The position numbers and the translations under genes are program-made. The notes beneath the pieces are model-generated. The model had not been told where the DNA came from and did no database searches. It saw nothing but the letters and a program-made list of their open reading frames with translations. A stretch of DNA of 64,000 bases. It comes from Glaucostegus cemiculus (taxonomy: Eukaryota). The stretch spans positions 38,502,001-38,566,000 of the forward strand of contig CDPCPM010000073.1 in NCBI GenBank assembly GCA_976551045.1, read 5' to 3'. The first letter of the stretch is position 1; every line of letters begins with the position of its first letter. Shown in pieces: positions 50,565 through 64,000 of the stretch.

Positions 50565-51220
50565 TGTTAGAGTTACAGAGTCACACAGCACAGAAACAGG
50601 CCCTTCGGTCCAACTGGTCCATGCTAACCAAGATACCCATCTAAGCCAGTCCCATTTGCCTGCGTTCAGCCCATTTCCCTCGAAACCTTCCCTATCCACA
50701 TACCTGTCCAACTTTCTTTTAAGTGTTGTTAACATACCTGCCTCAACCACTTCCTCTGGCAGCCCGTTCCATATACGTACCACACTTTGTGTAAAAAAAG
50801 TTGCCCCTCAGACTCCTGTTAAATCTTTCCCCTCTTCAGTTCACCCCTCATTCTCCTACACACCTATGAATACAGTCCTAGCCTACTCAACCTCGCTCAG
50901 TAACTCAGTCCCTCGAGTCTCGGCAACATTCTCGTAAATCTTCTCCGCACTCTTTCCAGTTTAATGGCATCTTTCTTTACAGAAGAGTGACCAAAACAAC
51001 ACCATTTTCCAAATGCGGCCTCAGCGACATGACATGACATGACATGACATTCCAGCTTCTATACGCAATGCCCTGACTGATGAAGGCCAGCACGCCAGAA
51101 GCCTTCTTCACCATCCTGTCTACCTGTGACACCACTTTCAGTGAACCATGTACTTGTACTCCTAGGTCCCTCTGTGCTACAACACTCCCCGGGGCCCTAT
51201 TGTTCACTGTGAAAGTCCCA
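50565..51220 (-). mobile_element. CR1-like LINE 3' fragment
   Basis: QRDLGVQVHGSLKV...; VRIWNGLPEEVVEAG. Confidence 0.8.
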
Positions 51221-51722
51221 CCGAGAATGTACTAAATGTAGATTCACTAGATGTAGCTTGAGAGTAATGCTGTGAGTACTTGGCTCCAGGCTTATCCCCA
51301 TGTTAAATCATTTCTGGCCAAGCCCCTTCAGCTCAAGCCTAATCCTTGGCCATCCTGTACAAATGATCCCGTTCACAACAAAATGACTAACTCTGATAAC
51401 TCAGCAAAGCGCCTCATGCTACTGATATATTTGCCGTCCAAAAGAATAATAAATCAGTTCGATATTTAGAAGGATTTATTCCTTTCCTCCCCCTTTATTC
51501 ATGATTAAGTCCTACAAGATAGTTCTCAGAAAATTCTCGTCATTTTTCTCCCTGTTAAACACAGGAAAATGTCACTTATTTTCTAGTTCTGCACCACCTA
51601 AAACTGCAAATATATTCTGAGATGCGAGCATCTCTCAGGAACCAGGATCCCCAAAGAAGCAACCAGATTCAAACTCAATGCTGATAATTACAAAATACAA
51701 AAAGGATTTACTGAATATTTAG

Positions 51723-51965
51723 GGCGGCACGATAGCGTAGCGGTTAGCACGACGCTGTTACAGTGCCAGCGATCGGGGTTCGATTCCCGTTGCTGACTGT
51801 AAGGAGTTTGTACGCTCTCCCCGTGTCTGCGTGGGTTTCCTCCGGGTGCTCCGGTTTCCTCCCACATTCCAAAGACGTACGGGTAGGTTAATTTGAGGGT
51901 TTAGAATGGGCAGCGTGGACTCGTTCGGCCGAAAGGGCCTGTTACCACGCTGTAAATAAAATTTA
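51723..51965 (+). mobile_element. V-SINE with alternative CR1-type tail
   Basis: Same head and V-domain, then a different 3' end ...cggccgaaagggcctgttaccacgctgtaaataaa. Confidence 0.85.
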
Positions 51966-52207
51966 TAATTTATTTTTAAAAATTTATGATATTTTCTGAA
52001 TTGTATTATATTGTATTATTTTGGTGCTACCACCCTACAGCATATCTGAAGGTTAAAGATAATGTCAGAATCACAATGACACAAACTTTTATGGTTATCT
52101 ATTTAGAAAAAGGCTATCTGTGCCACTCTGGTCAATGGAAATAAATAAGGACCCTTGCACAAACTTAACACTGGCGACCAAAGTCAAAAACTGGTATCCC
52201 TACGTAC

Positions 52208-52425
52208 CAAATTTCAGCTCCAGCGACTTCTCCAGCTGGTCAAGTTTTTCGGAGAGTTTCCCCAGCATTGACCTAAGGAAGGCGATCTCCTGATCCTTTT
52301 GAGCCAGCCCGACTTGCATCTCATGAAAGCGATCATCCGTCTGCTGCAGGAACTCCTTCAGACCCTCAAACTTGCACACCTCTAAGTGGGCTTCGTAGGT
52401 GTCCTGATTCCCAACAAACACACAC
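52208..52425 (-). CDS. TRAF7: TRAF7 coding exon (218 nt), coiled coil
   Basis: [36 protein letters not shown]...LEKSLELKF; tcag| and |gtacgt. Confidence 0.96.
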
Positions 52426-54144
52426 CTGATTGAGGAGGGGTTAGAAAGGGGAAGGGACAATAATGACAGACAATTTAATTATAAAACAGTCTGCTTCGAG
52501 CTAATGCATTTACAATATATTGAAGTCTTATCTTTAGCTCTGTTTTTTCAATTAGGAAAAATTGTTACATGCGTATAATAGAACAAAAAGCTTTTGGAAT
52601 CCTACAGTTTAATAAACTACTTTGTGTTTCATGTAGATTCATGTAGATTTATTTACAGGATGTCTGAAGTAAAGATTTTGTTTTAAAAGTTTGGTTAAAC
52701 TAAAATCAGTTCTTTAGTGATCTGAATTGTACAACTTCTGTTTGATGAAAGAACTAATGTTCAATATATAAGAAACCACAATGTTGCTGAAAACATTTTA
52801 ATATTAACATACGTAAACAACAGATAATGGCTATTTTGTTCCTCTTTGCATTTTTTTGTTAAAAAGAAGTCTCTGACTTGCAAAATTCCGTGAAAGGAAT
52901 AGAGAACCAGAGCAAGATAGAGTGAGAAGAAGAAAGGAGAAATGAAAAGACTGCCAACAAATGAAATAAGCAAAAGTTACAAAGTACTTTATGACATCTC
53001 CTGGAAATATCTTAAAACTATGAATTACTGATGGGAAATCTGGTTACAGATAAAAACAGGAAGGCCTTTTGCAAGTTAGGAAGATCTCACAAATAGCCAT
53101 GAGATGACAGTAATTAATTTACTTTTCTCAGTGCTAGTTAAGGAAACAATGCTAACCGGGACTGTCCCTTTATTTCCTATCATGAAGCTAATAGTCCCAG
53201 AACATTAAATGGATACTGTTACACATTATTAGGGGTTGCTGAATGCTGCAATGGTTGACTAAACTAATTTAAAAAAAATAGACTAACTATTCCTACACGT
53301 GCCTGTGATGCTGCTGCAAGTAATTTTTTGTATGTACATGTACCTGTGCATATGACAATAAACTAGATTTTGAAACTTTGAAGCTATTAAATTCTGATGT
53401 ACATGCTAATTACCATTGGTTCTTTAATATGTGAACAAAATGACTCTTTGCATTGTTTGAACAGTCTACAAAGGACAGAATGGGTGCTATAAAACAATTT
53501 CAAGGAAAGAGAAATGAATTACAGCCAACAGTAGGATTCAAAGTTGACAACTTGAGAGGTAGAAGGGGTAGGAGGGCATTCAGCCCCACATGGGGCTGCC
53601 AGTCTTTCCTTGCCAAAGAAATCCAAGGTTAATCTTACTGCATTGCAGTTTTGGCTCTTAGATGAATTTCTGAATCATTTCAACTCAGTATTATTGCTTT
53701 CTTTCTTTGGAATAATAAAATAAATATCTAGGAAGCAGGACCGGACTTTGGTCACATTACTTTTGCTGCACTCTTTGGGAAACTAAGTCACCCGGGGTTA
53801 TTTTCATGTTATTCTGCATATGTATATCTGTTGATCATCTCTTCTATTTCATACGATCTTAACAAGTGCCATTTCACAGAACAGGGGACAGATTGGTGAT
53901 TGGCTGGAGGGAGCAGCATACAGGAAAATTCACTTGAAATTTTTACGGGAAATGTTGAAATCAGGAAATAGAAATGGCTTTGTCAATTGCTCAGACATCT
54001 GCAGGTTACTAACCATATTCTGTTAACTGCATCCATTTTGTTACTTCGGTTTTAATTCACTAACTACCACATTTCAAACAATTTGATGGTTAAAAAGAGA
54101 GCAAAGAAATCATTATTTTGCAAATACATTACTGTAATACTCAC

Positions 54145-54279
54145 CCATATTTTGAGTGGGGACACTTTATGTGTTCACATTGTTTAAGGTGAGAATCAAG
54201 ATTCATTTTCAACAGTGGTGGACAGTTTGGATTGTTCGGACAATGAACTGGCCTATAATCACAGCTGCCCTCGTGATCT
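54145..54279 (-). CDS. TRAF7: TRAF7 coding exon (135 nt), zinc finger
   Basis: [45 protein letters not shown]; gcag| and |gtgagt. Confidence 0.95.
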
Positions 54280-56271
54280 CTGCAGAAAGGCAAAATATTA
54301 TGATAAGACGGTTTTATTTGTGCACATTATTCAGAGGAACTGTTTCTTTCACTATTGGTTACAAAATCACTAACATGGCAGTCATTTATGACCTTGGACC
54401 CAATGACTCACGAAACATTCACCCATTTAGAGTCATAGAATTGTACAGCATGCATACAGGCCCTTCGGCCCAACTTCGACCAAGTTGTCTACCTGAGCTA
54501 GTCCCATATGCTTGCATTTGGCCCATAGCCCTCTAAACCTTTCCTTTCCACGTTCCCTTCTGTGTGAGTACTGAGCACTGTTGCCAAGATCCTAAATTTA
54601 ATCATTTAAATTCAACTGCAGTTTATTGCGCTTATCCTGGATCAGTATACAAATGTAAAACTTTCCAAATTACTTCAGGGTTAAAAGGCAGTTTTCTTTA
54701 GAGGCAAAGGCTCAATTTAAAAATTTGACAAAAACATGTAAATGTTTCAGAAAAAAAAAGTGAATGTGAAAAAGAATTACATCCTCATTCACAAACTGTG
54801 CAGATCCCAGTGTTAGATCTGGAGATGATGTTGTCCAGAAGGTTCTTCAGAAGTCAAGAATGAGGGGCAAATCTTATGGTCACAGTTGTTTTATTAGGAG
54901 TTCATCATAGTACAGGTCAGACAGGGTTAGCCTACACCAGCAAGCAAGGCAAGTAAAGAAGTAACAAAGGAACTTAACCTCGTGCTCTCCCTGCAAACCA
55001 GTCTAAAAACTGAATTACAGCTACTTTTTTCTACAGTTGAACTTTTACTCTCAAAATATGGTACTATTATACAGTTTAATCAGGTTAGATAAGGAGACCT
55101 GTGAACAGGTATGTCTGAGTCACACTTCAGCTTTGCAGACAAATAAACTACAGAAGGATGGAATGAAGTATACTACAAGTCACTAAAAGTTTACAGATAA
55201 ACAGGTGATTGCACAAACATAAAGAGAGCTAAAACTACAAGGAAAACCACAATAAGAACAACAATCTGGACCCTTATCCAACACCAGTAACAAAAAGAAT
55301 GACCAAAGCATTTGTTTTGGTGGGAACTCCCCCTGCTCTTCTTACCGCTGAAGTAGGTGGATAGAGTTTTAGGTTTTATTTCAAAGATAGCATCTTGGAC
55401 AATGGAGCACTCCCTCAGTACAGCGCTGAAACATTTGTCTAGGTTATGTGCTGTGGTGCACTTTAAACCCATTCACGTTCTGGTGCATGAGGCAAGAATG
55501 AACCATGTAAATACTTGGACATCCGCTACACTGGACCATCTTTGGAGGATACTCTCAGTTGGGTTTAATATTACCTTTGTTCATAGAACTCAGAAGCATC
55601 AGTGAGCAAGGTTATTCTGAGAATGCATTTTAGATCAATGAAAATCTATCTACAGATTTGATAAACATTTTAACAAGTTTAAGTTATTTAATGTCTCCAC
55701 ACCCTGATTTCTAGCCCACACCTGAAGTAGAAAACACAGGAACATTTACAGCTGGATGAGAATTACAGCCACTTTTTTCCACAGTTGAACTTTTACTCTC
55801 AAAATATGGTACTATTATAAAGTTTAATCAGGGTCATCTTTTTCAACAATCAATACATATAATTACTTTATCACTGAACCTCAGTATAAGTTAACAGGGG
55901 GTTCCTTTATGACAGCTTTTGGATTGAATGTTTGAGATGTGCCTGAACCAGCTTATCTAATGAACCAGAGAACTATAAGAAGTACAATACCCGGAGGCAA
56001 CAAACAGCAAGACCCAAAGCTGTTGATTAACATGCTTTTCAACTGGTGTACAAGATTACATACACCTGGTTTATGGAGATGTTTCGTGACAATATCTTCT
56101 AAAAAAAAGTGTGTGGGTAAACAAGAATTATCTTCTAAATCATGTGGTTCAGTGCTGAAGCGGTACTTATGCTTTCACACACTGCTGCAAATTGTGAAAT
56201 CTTGCTTAAAATCAGCTTGTTAAATCAGTTGAGTCAAAGTGTGCCACTGTTTATGATGAAGCACAACTTAC

Positions 56272-56455
56272 TTTCGACCGCTCAACTTTACAGTGAACGG
56301 ACATCCTCGTGGGTCAACCTCGAAGGCCCCTGGTTTTCCATTTGAAGCTGGCCTGCAGCCATATTTACAGTGGACGAACAGCTCCCCGATCTGTTCAGCC
56401 ACAGCTATGTTATTAACCACAACTGTCAGCTTTGCATTGTCAACAGGGCACTTTT
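56272..56455 (-). CDS. TRAF7: TRAF7 coding exon (184 nt)
   Basis: [34 protein letters not shown]...[15 protein letters not shown]; canonical splice sites. Confidence 0.96.
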
Positions 56456-56919
56456 CTGGGAACACACAAAAAAAACTGAATTAAAGCCAGGCTGCAAAGT
56501 TCAGGACAGTGCTGCTCTGCAGTGCATTTTCATTTACACTATGTACAATAAAAAAGTTTTAAACTTGTAATTTCCAAACAATAAAATGCTGTGATGTTTA
56601 CATCTTATTTGTGATAGATGTTCACAAAATTATGAGAGGTTTCTTTTTCCCATGGCTGTATGTCCAATACTACAGGGCATGCATTTAGGGCAGGGGGAAT
56701 TCAAAGGAGACGTACAGGGCAAGTTTTTTTTTACACAGAGCAGTGATGCCTGGAATGTGGTGCCAGGGATGGTGGTGGAAGCAAATATGATGGGAGGTGT
56801 TTAAGAGGATCTTAGATAGGCACTTGAATATGCAGAGAATGGAGGGAAATGGACCATGTGCAGGCAGAAGGGATTAGTTTAATTAGGCATCATTAGCTTA
56901 ATTAGTTCAGTGCAACATC

Positions 56920-57210
56920 ATAAGATCTTTATTAGTCACATGTACATAGAAACACACAGTGAAATACATCTTTTGCGTAGTGATTTTGGGGGGCAGCCCG
57001 CAAGTGTCGCCACACTTCTGGTGCCAACATAGCATGCCCATAACTTCCTAACCTGTACGTCTTTGGAAAGTGGGAGGACACCGGAGCACCCGGAGGAAAC
57101 CCACACAGACACAGGGAGGACGTACAACCTCCTTACAGACAGTGGCCAGATTTGAACCCGGGTCGCTGGCGCTGTACAGCATTGTGCTAACCACTATGCT
57201 ACCATGCCGT
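56920..57210 (-). mobile_element. tRNA-derived V-SINE inserted in a CR1 tail
   Basis: Same family; CR1 3' end (56610-56920) continues at ~57212. Confidence 0.85.
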
Positions 57211-57244
57211 CCTCATAGGCTGAAGGTCCTGTGCTGTACTGTTG

Positions 57245-57610
57245 AAGAGGCATACAGAACGCAAACAGGCCCTTCAGCCCAACTGGTCTATAGCGATCAA
57301 GATGCCCACCCAAGCTAGTTCCATTTGCCACATATGGCCCATAACCTTCTAAACCTTTCCCATCCATGTACCTGTCCAACTTCCTTTTAAAAGTTATCAT
57401 TGTACCTGCCTCAACTACTTTCTCTGGCAGTTCATTCCACATACCCACCACCCTTTGTGTAAAAAAGTTGCCCCTCAGGTCCTATTATATCTCTCCCCTC
57501 TCATGTTCTACCCATGCCCTCTAGTTCTTGATTCCCAAACCCTGGGAAATAGACTGAGTGCATTCACCTTATCTGTGCTCCTCATAATTTTATACAGCTC
57601 TATAAGACCA
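57245..57610 (-). mobile_element. CR1-like LINE 3' fragment
   Basis: VGMWNELPEKVVEAGTMITFKRKLDRYMD. Confidence 0.8.
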
Positions 57611-57819
57611 TATGTCCTAGATTATGTGCTAATCTTTAAGTAGGTTGTGCAGGTCAGTAGGATTTAGAGCAAACTTTTATTTAATGTCTTTGTTGAATTG
57701 TCTGGCGAGAATTATATAATATTGCATTGACATAGATCAATGCCTGCAGAAGGTACATGTTTATGGGTTTAGGGAAATTTTGTGAGATACCTTATTTTGA
57801 CGCAGAAAATGAAACTTAC

Positions 57820-57853
57820 CAGATGTTAAGGCGCACCTTCTGCAAAATGTGTG
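57820..57853 (-). CDS. TRAF7: TRAF7 coding exon (34 nt), RING
   Basis: HTFCRRCALTS; acag| and |gtaagt. Confidence 0.93.
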
Positions 57854-59101
57854 CTGTTTTAAAAAAAAGAAAGAAAACTCGTGTTACCAAGTGCCATTGA
57901 CATCACTAATAGAAAGATGAACAAGAATGTGAAGCTGTGGATTAAACCGGTTTAGACTAGCATGTGTTTTGTGTTCCAAAGCCGATACACTGAAAGAATT
58001 TCCTTCCTGACCTGATCAACAAAAAAACAATAAATGCCAACTCTGTGAAAGAGAGCAACCTCCCAGATCAAACAACCATAATTCACTCACATTACTGTAA
58101 AAACTGTCAACAATTCCAGTACACAAACAGTAGCACTTAGTTTCCCAGCACTGGCTATTGGCCTGCTAACTGCGAGCTTCATTTCTATGACAACATGCAT
58201 TCACCTCTCCTTCCTAATGTGTACAGCTGCAGCAAAACATTCACTACTTGGACGTCATGTCCAACGTCCCTATTTCCTGTTAAAGGGACTTTCCATGCTA
58301 ATAAGCAAAATTCACAGCTTCCTGAGAAAGGGCTTTAACACTGGGTAATAAACTGAAGACCATTTTGCAAATAATGTCTCACGATCATATGAAGGGTTGG
58401 CAATAAACCTGTGCTAAATTTAGAAATTTAAACACAGTACGGTTACTGCTAAAATTATATATATACCTAATATAATTATGATTATTGCTTTTCCAAGAAC
58501 TCTTCCCTGTTCTGAGAACATTTATTAAAGTTAGTGGAAAGAAGCAAGAATCAAACACTGTGTTCCTCCCCCTTTAATCATCCAATCAGCACCACACAAA
58601 ACGTAAACTTATAAAGAAAGCTGGGTTCCATAGAGCAATGATTTGAAACAATACAATCTGGTACATGCCAAGAACAAGAAGTAGATCATAGAACATACAT
58701 AGAAGGAAAAAGAAAGGTAACAAACTCAAAAAGCACTATTTAAATCCCAGCTCAAGTTGCGACTATGCAAGAGCACCCTTGCAAAAGACAAGTACCAGAA
58801 ATTCCAACAAGCACTTGAGATAGATTCTTACATAATAAAGTTGCACAACAGAAGTATTTAGAGGAAAATAATTCCTGCTATCTGCCCCTTTCCCAGCCTT
58901 AGCATTCGGACTGCAATGCAAAATGTGGCCAGACAAAATACTTCTGTATTCTTCAGTGTACATTTCTCACTGAATGGGTATTATGTAAGATTTCTCCACT
59001 TGTAATTTGCCCAGCTGTTTAACAGCAAAATTGTTGCGATTTTACTTAAAAATATTATCATCCCGACAACATAAACAAGCCATGAATGCATTCAAAAACT
59101 A

Positions 59102-59257
<156 letters not shown>

Positions 59258-59636
59258 TCATTATATGAAATACAGGTGGCAAATATCACACTGGAATAAC
59301 ACGCGGACAATTTATTAGCTACTTTTACTTCTCAGGAACTGTAAGTCGACTTAACTTTAGCTTTTATCCATTTTACTGGCGATTCATTCTGATGATTCTG
59401 TTATACTGAACAAATCCATTTCAAGATAAGATTCTAAATAAAATCTCAGAAATAATTATTTTAACAATCATCCAGAACAAGCTGCAATTTAACCCCTTGC
59501 TGTAGGCAAAAACCTGCAATATTTTTGATGCACTCTGGCTATTGTATCCCATCTCTGGATTTAGGCAATTATTTTACTTGGTTTATAAAACACACTCTAC
59601 ATAGAGAAACTTAGGTTCACGCCCACTGCCACTTTA

Positions 59637-59828
<192 letters not shown>

Positions 59829-61094
59829 CTACAAAAAGACATCACTGTCAGTTGCAATACTTGCAACAAGCACAAAGGGATTTAATTTTGACTAGTGCCA
59901 CTGATCATTACTACATGCACCATTTTAACCTCTGTGTTACATACAATAAAATGGTCAACATTTAAATGCCTACTTTTGCAATGACAAACATTCAAGTTCA
60001 TGGTGCACTTTGCATTAAAGTAGCTACTAAGATACTCTAATGCACTCAGTACAAGCTTTAGTTCTGCCATTAAGCAAACATGAAAATATTCAGTGAATAA
60101 GTACAACACTCCACAATTCCAGCAGGGGATAAAGACTGCAAACTATTTTGTTGTCCTGTAAAACTTTAGCCACGTGAACTAATGTTGCAAGATCTCAAAT
60201 CCTAGAGAGAGCACACCAAAATCCAGATCACTTGAGAGACTCAAATGCAGTTACTCCTGCATGATAACTGGAAAGGAAAATCCAAGACTTTACATTTCCC
60301 CCACCTAAAAAAAAAGAGAAGAATTTACCTTGCAACCTTAGTTAAAGTTGCCTTGTCTCCAGATTCTTAAGAGTTAGCAAAGGCACTGACTGGGCTAACA
60401 ATGACAACATCGGCATTGTGCAGCCGCACTTGTGCTAATCACTGCAAACATTTTGCCAAGTTTTCTATTCCACTGAATCTGGTGATTTCCTGCCATTCAA
60501 TTAACATGAGTCGCACTTTGCCGTTTCCTGTACTGGAGGCCTAACTGAGGGCAATAAAGTAAGTCATCTCTGTAAAGTCTGCCAATGGCTATGTAAGAGT
60601 TTGTCCTGTGCTTAGGAACAGTTTAATAATTAGGATGATACTTAAAAACAAGTGGAGAAATTCCCAGAAAAAGACTTAATAATACAAACTAGTTCTATGA
60701 ACAACAAACTATTATATCTGTTTGATCCAAGACAGAGTGAGGAGCTGTTAGGATGAGAGAAAAAGGTGGTAAAATTGTTCTTCTAAAAATACGAGCTGTG
60801 CAAATTAATGCAGGTGTGTTGCTCTTACCACTGCACTGGCAAAGTCAGAATAACTTGTTTTTGGTAATATAAAAATGTCAATTCAGAGCAACATTGAGTC
60901 AGGTTCTGACACAGACCAGCAAAGAGCACTGAAAGTGGAATTTTATTTAAGGAATTAATGAAAAAGTAACAGAAGTCTCACACTGCTATTCATTTATACA
61001 TTTTAAAATGGCACTTCATGAGTGAAGTCTATTAAGGTACTGAATGATATTATACCTCATTTAATTTCTTCAGATGCAGCACTATAAGTGTGCT

Positions 61095-62790
61095 TTCTAT
61101 CATAGTGCGCTTTCACCACTTCCCCAGCAGTGTGTTCCAGGCATCTACCACTCTCTGTGTACAAAATCTTGCCTCATGAATCTCCTTTAAACTTTCTTTC
61201 TCACCTGAAAGCCATGCCCTCTAGTATTTGACATTTCCAGAAGGAGAAAAGGACTGACTATCTACACCATCTGTGCCTCTCATAATTTTATATACTTCTA
61301 TCAGGTCGCCCCTCAGCCGCTTACCCTCCAGGAAAAGCAATCTAAGTTTGTCCAACATCTCCTCATAGCTAATACTCTCAAATCCAGGCAATGTCCTGGT
61401 GAACCTCTTCTGCACCCTCTCCAATGCCTCCACATCCTTCCTGTAATGCAGTGACTGGAACTGCACTCAATTCTCCAAATGTGGTCCAACCAGTGTTATA
61501 CAGCTGCAGAGTGACTTCCCAACTTTTATACTCAACACTCCGACCGATGAAGACAAATATGCCGTATGTGTTCTTTACCACCATTTCTACTTGTGTTGCC
61601 ATTTTCAGGGAGCAATGGACTTGCACCCCAAGATCCCTCTGTCCATCAATGCTCCTGCCATTTACTGTATACTTTCCTTTTATATTTGACCTCATAAAGT
61701 GCACTATCTCACACTTCTCCAGATTAAACTCCATCCGCCATTTCTCTGCCCATATTTCCAACTGATCTAGATCCTGATGTATGCTTTGACAACCTTCCTT
61801 GCTATCTTCTCCTCCTCCTCACTGATAATCAACACAGGTGCACCTCAAGGATGCTTGCTTAGCCCATTGCTCTACTCTCTCTATTCTCATGACTGTGTGA
61901 CTAGGCACAGCTCAAATGCCATCTATAAATTTGCCAATGACACCACTTTCGTTGGCAGAATCTCAGATGGAGATGAGGAGGCGTACAGCAGTGAGATGGA
62001 TCGGCTGGTTGAGTGGTTAGGGGTTTGAGGAGAGTTAGTAAGTCACCAAAGACTCTTGCAAATTTCTACAGATGTACGGTGGAGAGCATTCTGACTGGCT
62101 GCATCACCGCCTGGTGTGGAGGCTCCAATGTACAAGATTGAAAGAGGCAGCAGAGGGTTGTAGACTCAGCCAGCACCATCATGAGCACAACCCTCCTCCC
62201 CACCAAAGACATCTTCAAGAGACGGTGCCTCAAGAAGCCAGCATCCAGTATTAAGGACCCTCACCATTGGGAACATGTCCTCTTCTTGTTACTACCATCG
62301 GGAAGGAGGTACAGGAGCCTGAAGACACACATTCAACGATTCAGAAACAGCTTCTTCCCCTCCACTGTCATATTTCTGAATGGTCCATGAACCCATGAAC
62401 ACTAACTTATTTCTCTTTTGAACTATTTATTTATTTTTGTAATTTATAGTAATTTTTAGGTTTTTATGTCTTGCACTGTACTGATCCACAAAACAACAAA
62501 TTTCATGACATGTCAGTGATAATAAACCTGATTCTGATTATCCACATCTCTGCCAATTTATCTGTTGTCTGCAAACATACTAATCAGCTCACATATACAT
62601 TATTGTCCAAATTATTTGCATATTTTACAAACAAGAGAGGTCCCAGCACTGATCCTTGCAGAATACCACTGTCAGAATAACACCCCTTCACCATTACCTT
62701 CTGTCTTCTATGAGCAAGCTAATTTTGAACCCAATCTACCAAGTCTCCATGGATCCCATATGCCTTAATCTTCTCGATCAGCCTTCTTAT
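61095..62790 (-). mobile_element. CR1-like LINE fragment interrupted by a Rex1-like element
   Basis: WAEKWRMEFNLEKCE..., ALERVQKRFTRTLPG...LRGDLIEVYKIM; continues at 62540-62790. Confidence 0.8.
61805..62540 (+). mobile_element. Internally deleted Rex1/Babar-like LINE
   Basis: RT motifs NTGAPQGCLLSPLLYSLY...KFANDTT, C-terminal LPSGRRYRSL, tail aataaacctgattctgatt. Confidence 0.85.
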
Positions 62791-63564
62791 TATCTGCCTA
62801 TTCCTCAGGAAGGCACTTGATACCAGCCCATACAGCAAACAGATTTGCAGGCTGCCCACCCATGGGGAAGCTGGACCAATATGTGGATAAATGTCAGGCA
62901 GTGGAATAAGTTATTGGGTGGGTGGGAGAGGATTGGTATTAAGTAGCAAAATGGAGATTGACCATTACATGAAATGAGTTAAAGTGTTTACAAACTATTT
63001 AGAGGATGGAATACTATCCAAGGTATCTACCTTTGAATATGATAACAAATTAGATACAGAGTAAGATGATTCAAATGAATATAAAATGCATGCATGGGCA
63101 GAAAGAGAGCAGATGGGGTTCAATATGGGGAAGCATAACATCAAGAGGTAAGTAGAAATGGGATTGTAGATTATATATTGAAGGCACCCGAGGTAACAGA
63201 AGGGGAGACATTTTGGGAAGTTTGGCACATGGTGGTGAAGATTGTAAATGCAACTATCGGTGCATTAGGCTAAGGATGCAACTTCAAAGTCTGGGATAGA
63301 GATGCCGTGAACAGTACGTTCTAGCTGGCCCCAATGAGGCTGCATCTGGAACACTGAGCTCAGTTTTATCTGTAGTACAGGAAGAAAGTAGAAACATTAG
63401 CAGGAAGCCAGAGGGATAGAAGTTTGATTCACCAACTCAGAAGAACAAGTTGCCAAGAAACCTGAAGCACTCGGGAAGAGAATGTTATAACATATCTATT
63501 ATTTTTAAAGTCATTGAAGAACTTGGAGTTCTTCAGGCAGACACAGGATTGAGGATAAGGTGAT

Positions 63565-64000
63565 TTTTCAGAGTCATACAGTATACAGGAACAGGCCCTT
63601 TGGTCCACTATGTCCATGCCAATCATCAAGTATCTATCTATACTTATCCCATTTACCAACACTTGGTCCATAGCTTTTACGTCTTGATTTGAAAGCTCAT
63701 CCAGATTCTTTTTAAATAATGTGAGATTACCTGCCTCCAGCACCTTCTCCAGCAGTGTATTCCAGATTACAAACACCCTCAGGGTCCCCCCTAACCCTCT
63801 TACTCCTTGCCTTCTTATCTTAAATATATACCTTCTGGTTTTAGACATTTCTTGTTATAGGGAAAGGTTTTTCAGGGTGATATATGCGCCTCATAATTTT
63901 CTATAGCTCTACTTGGTCCCTCCTCAGTTTCCAAGGAAAACAAACCCAAGCCTATCCAGTCTCTCCACATAACTGAAACACCCTATCCTAGGCAAGATCC
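63565..64000 (-). mobile_element. CR1-like LINE 3' fragment running off the window
   Basis: IWNTLLEKVLEAG remnant and CR1-type tail. Confidence 0.7.

Noticed and set aside
59830-64000. Upstream TRAF7 exons or promoter
   Set aside because: No matching N-terminal coding sequence or CpG island seen; they probably lie beyond the window

Overview
Eukaryotic vertebrate genomic DNA, most likely a cartilaginous fish, inferred from the repeat families (HE1-like V-SINEs, Deu-domain SINEs, Rex1, CR1 and Penelope fragments). Two genes lie tail-to-tail. On the + strand are the last three coding exons of CASKIN1 (2324-4402, 13217-13598, 14602-14698) and a long putative 3' UTR. On the - strand are 17 coding exons of TRAF7 (59828 down to 35329; 1782 nt in frame; RING, zinc finger, coiled coil, WD40 repeats), with the 5' exons outside the window. 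All splice sites found are GT-AG and phase-consistent. Most other ORFs in the track are repeat-derived or shadow frames. The most notable non-genic signals are: (1) a ~0.9 kb GC-rich, tandem-repeat-bearing, apparently non-autonomous retroposon present twice; (2) many Penelope-like terminal fragments carrying a minimal hammerhead-ribozyme-like motif, often as fold-back pairs; (3) one V-SINE head joined to two different LINE-type tails. I found no convincing new protein-coding system. Family names come from recalled motifs, not database searches, and repeat boundaries are approximate.
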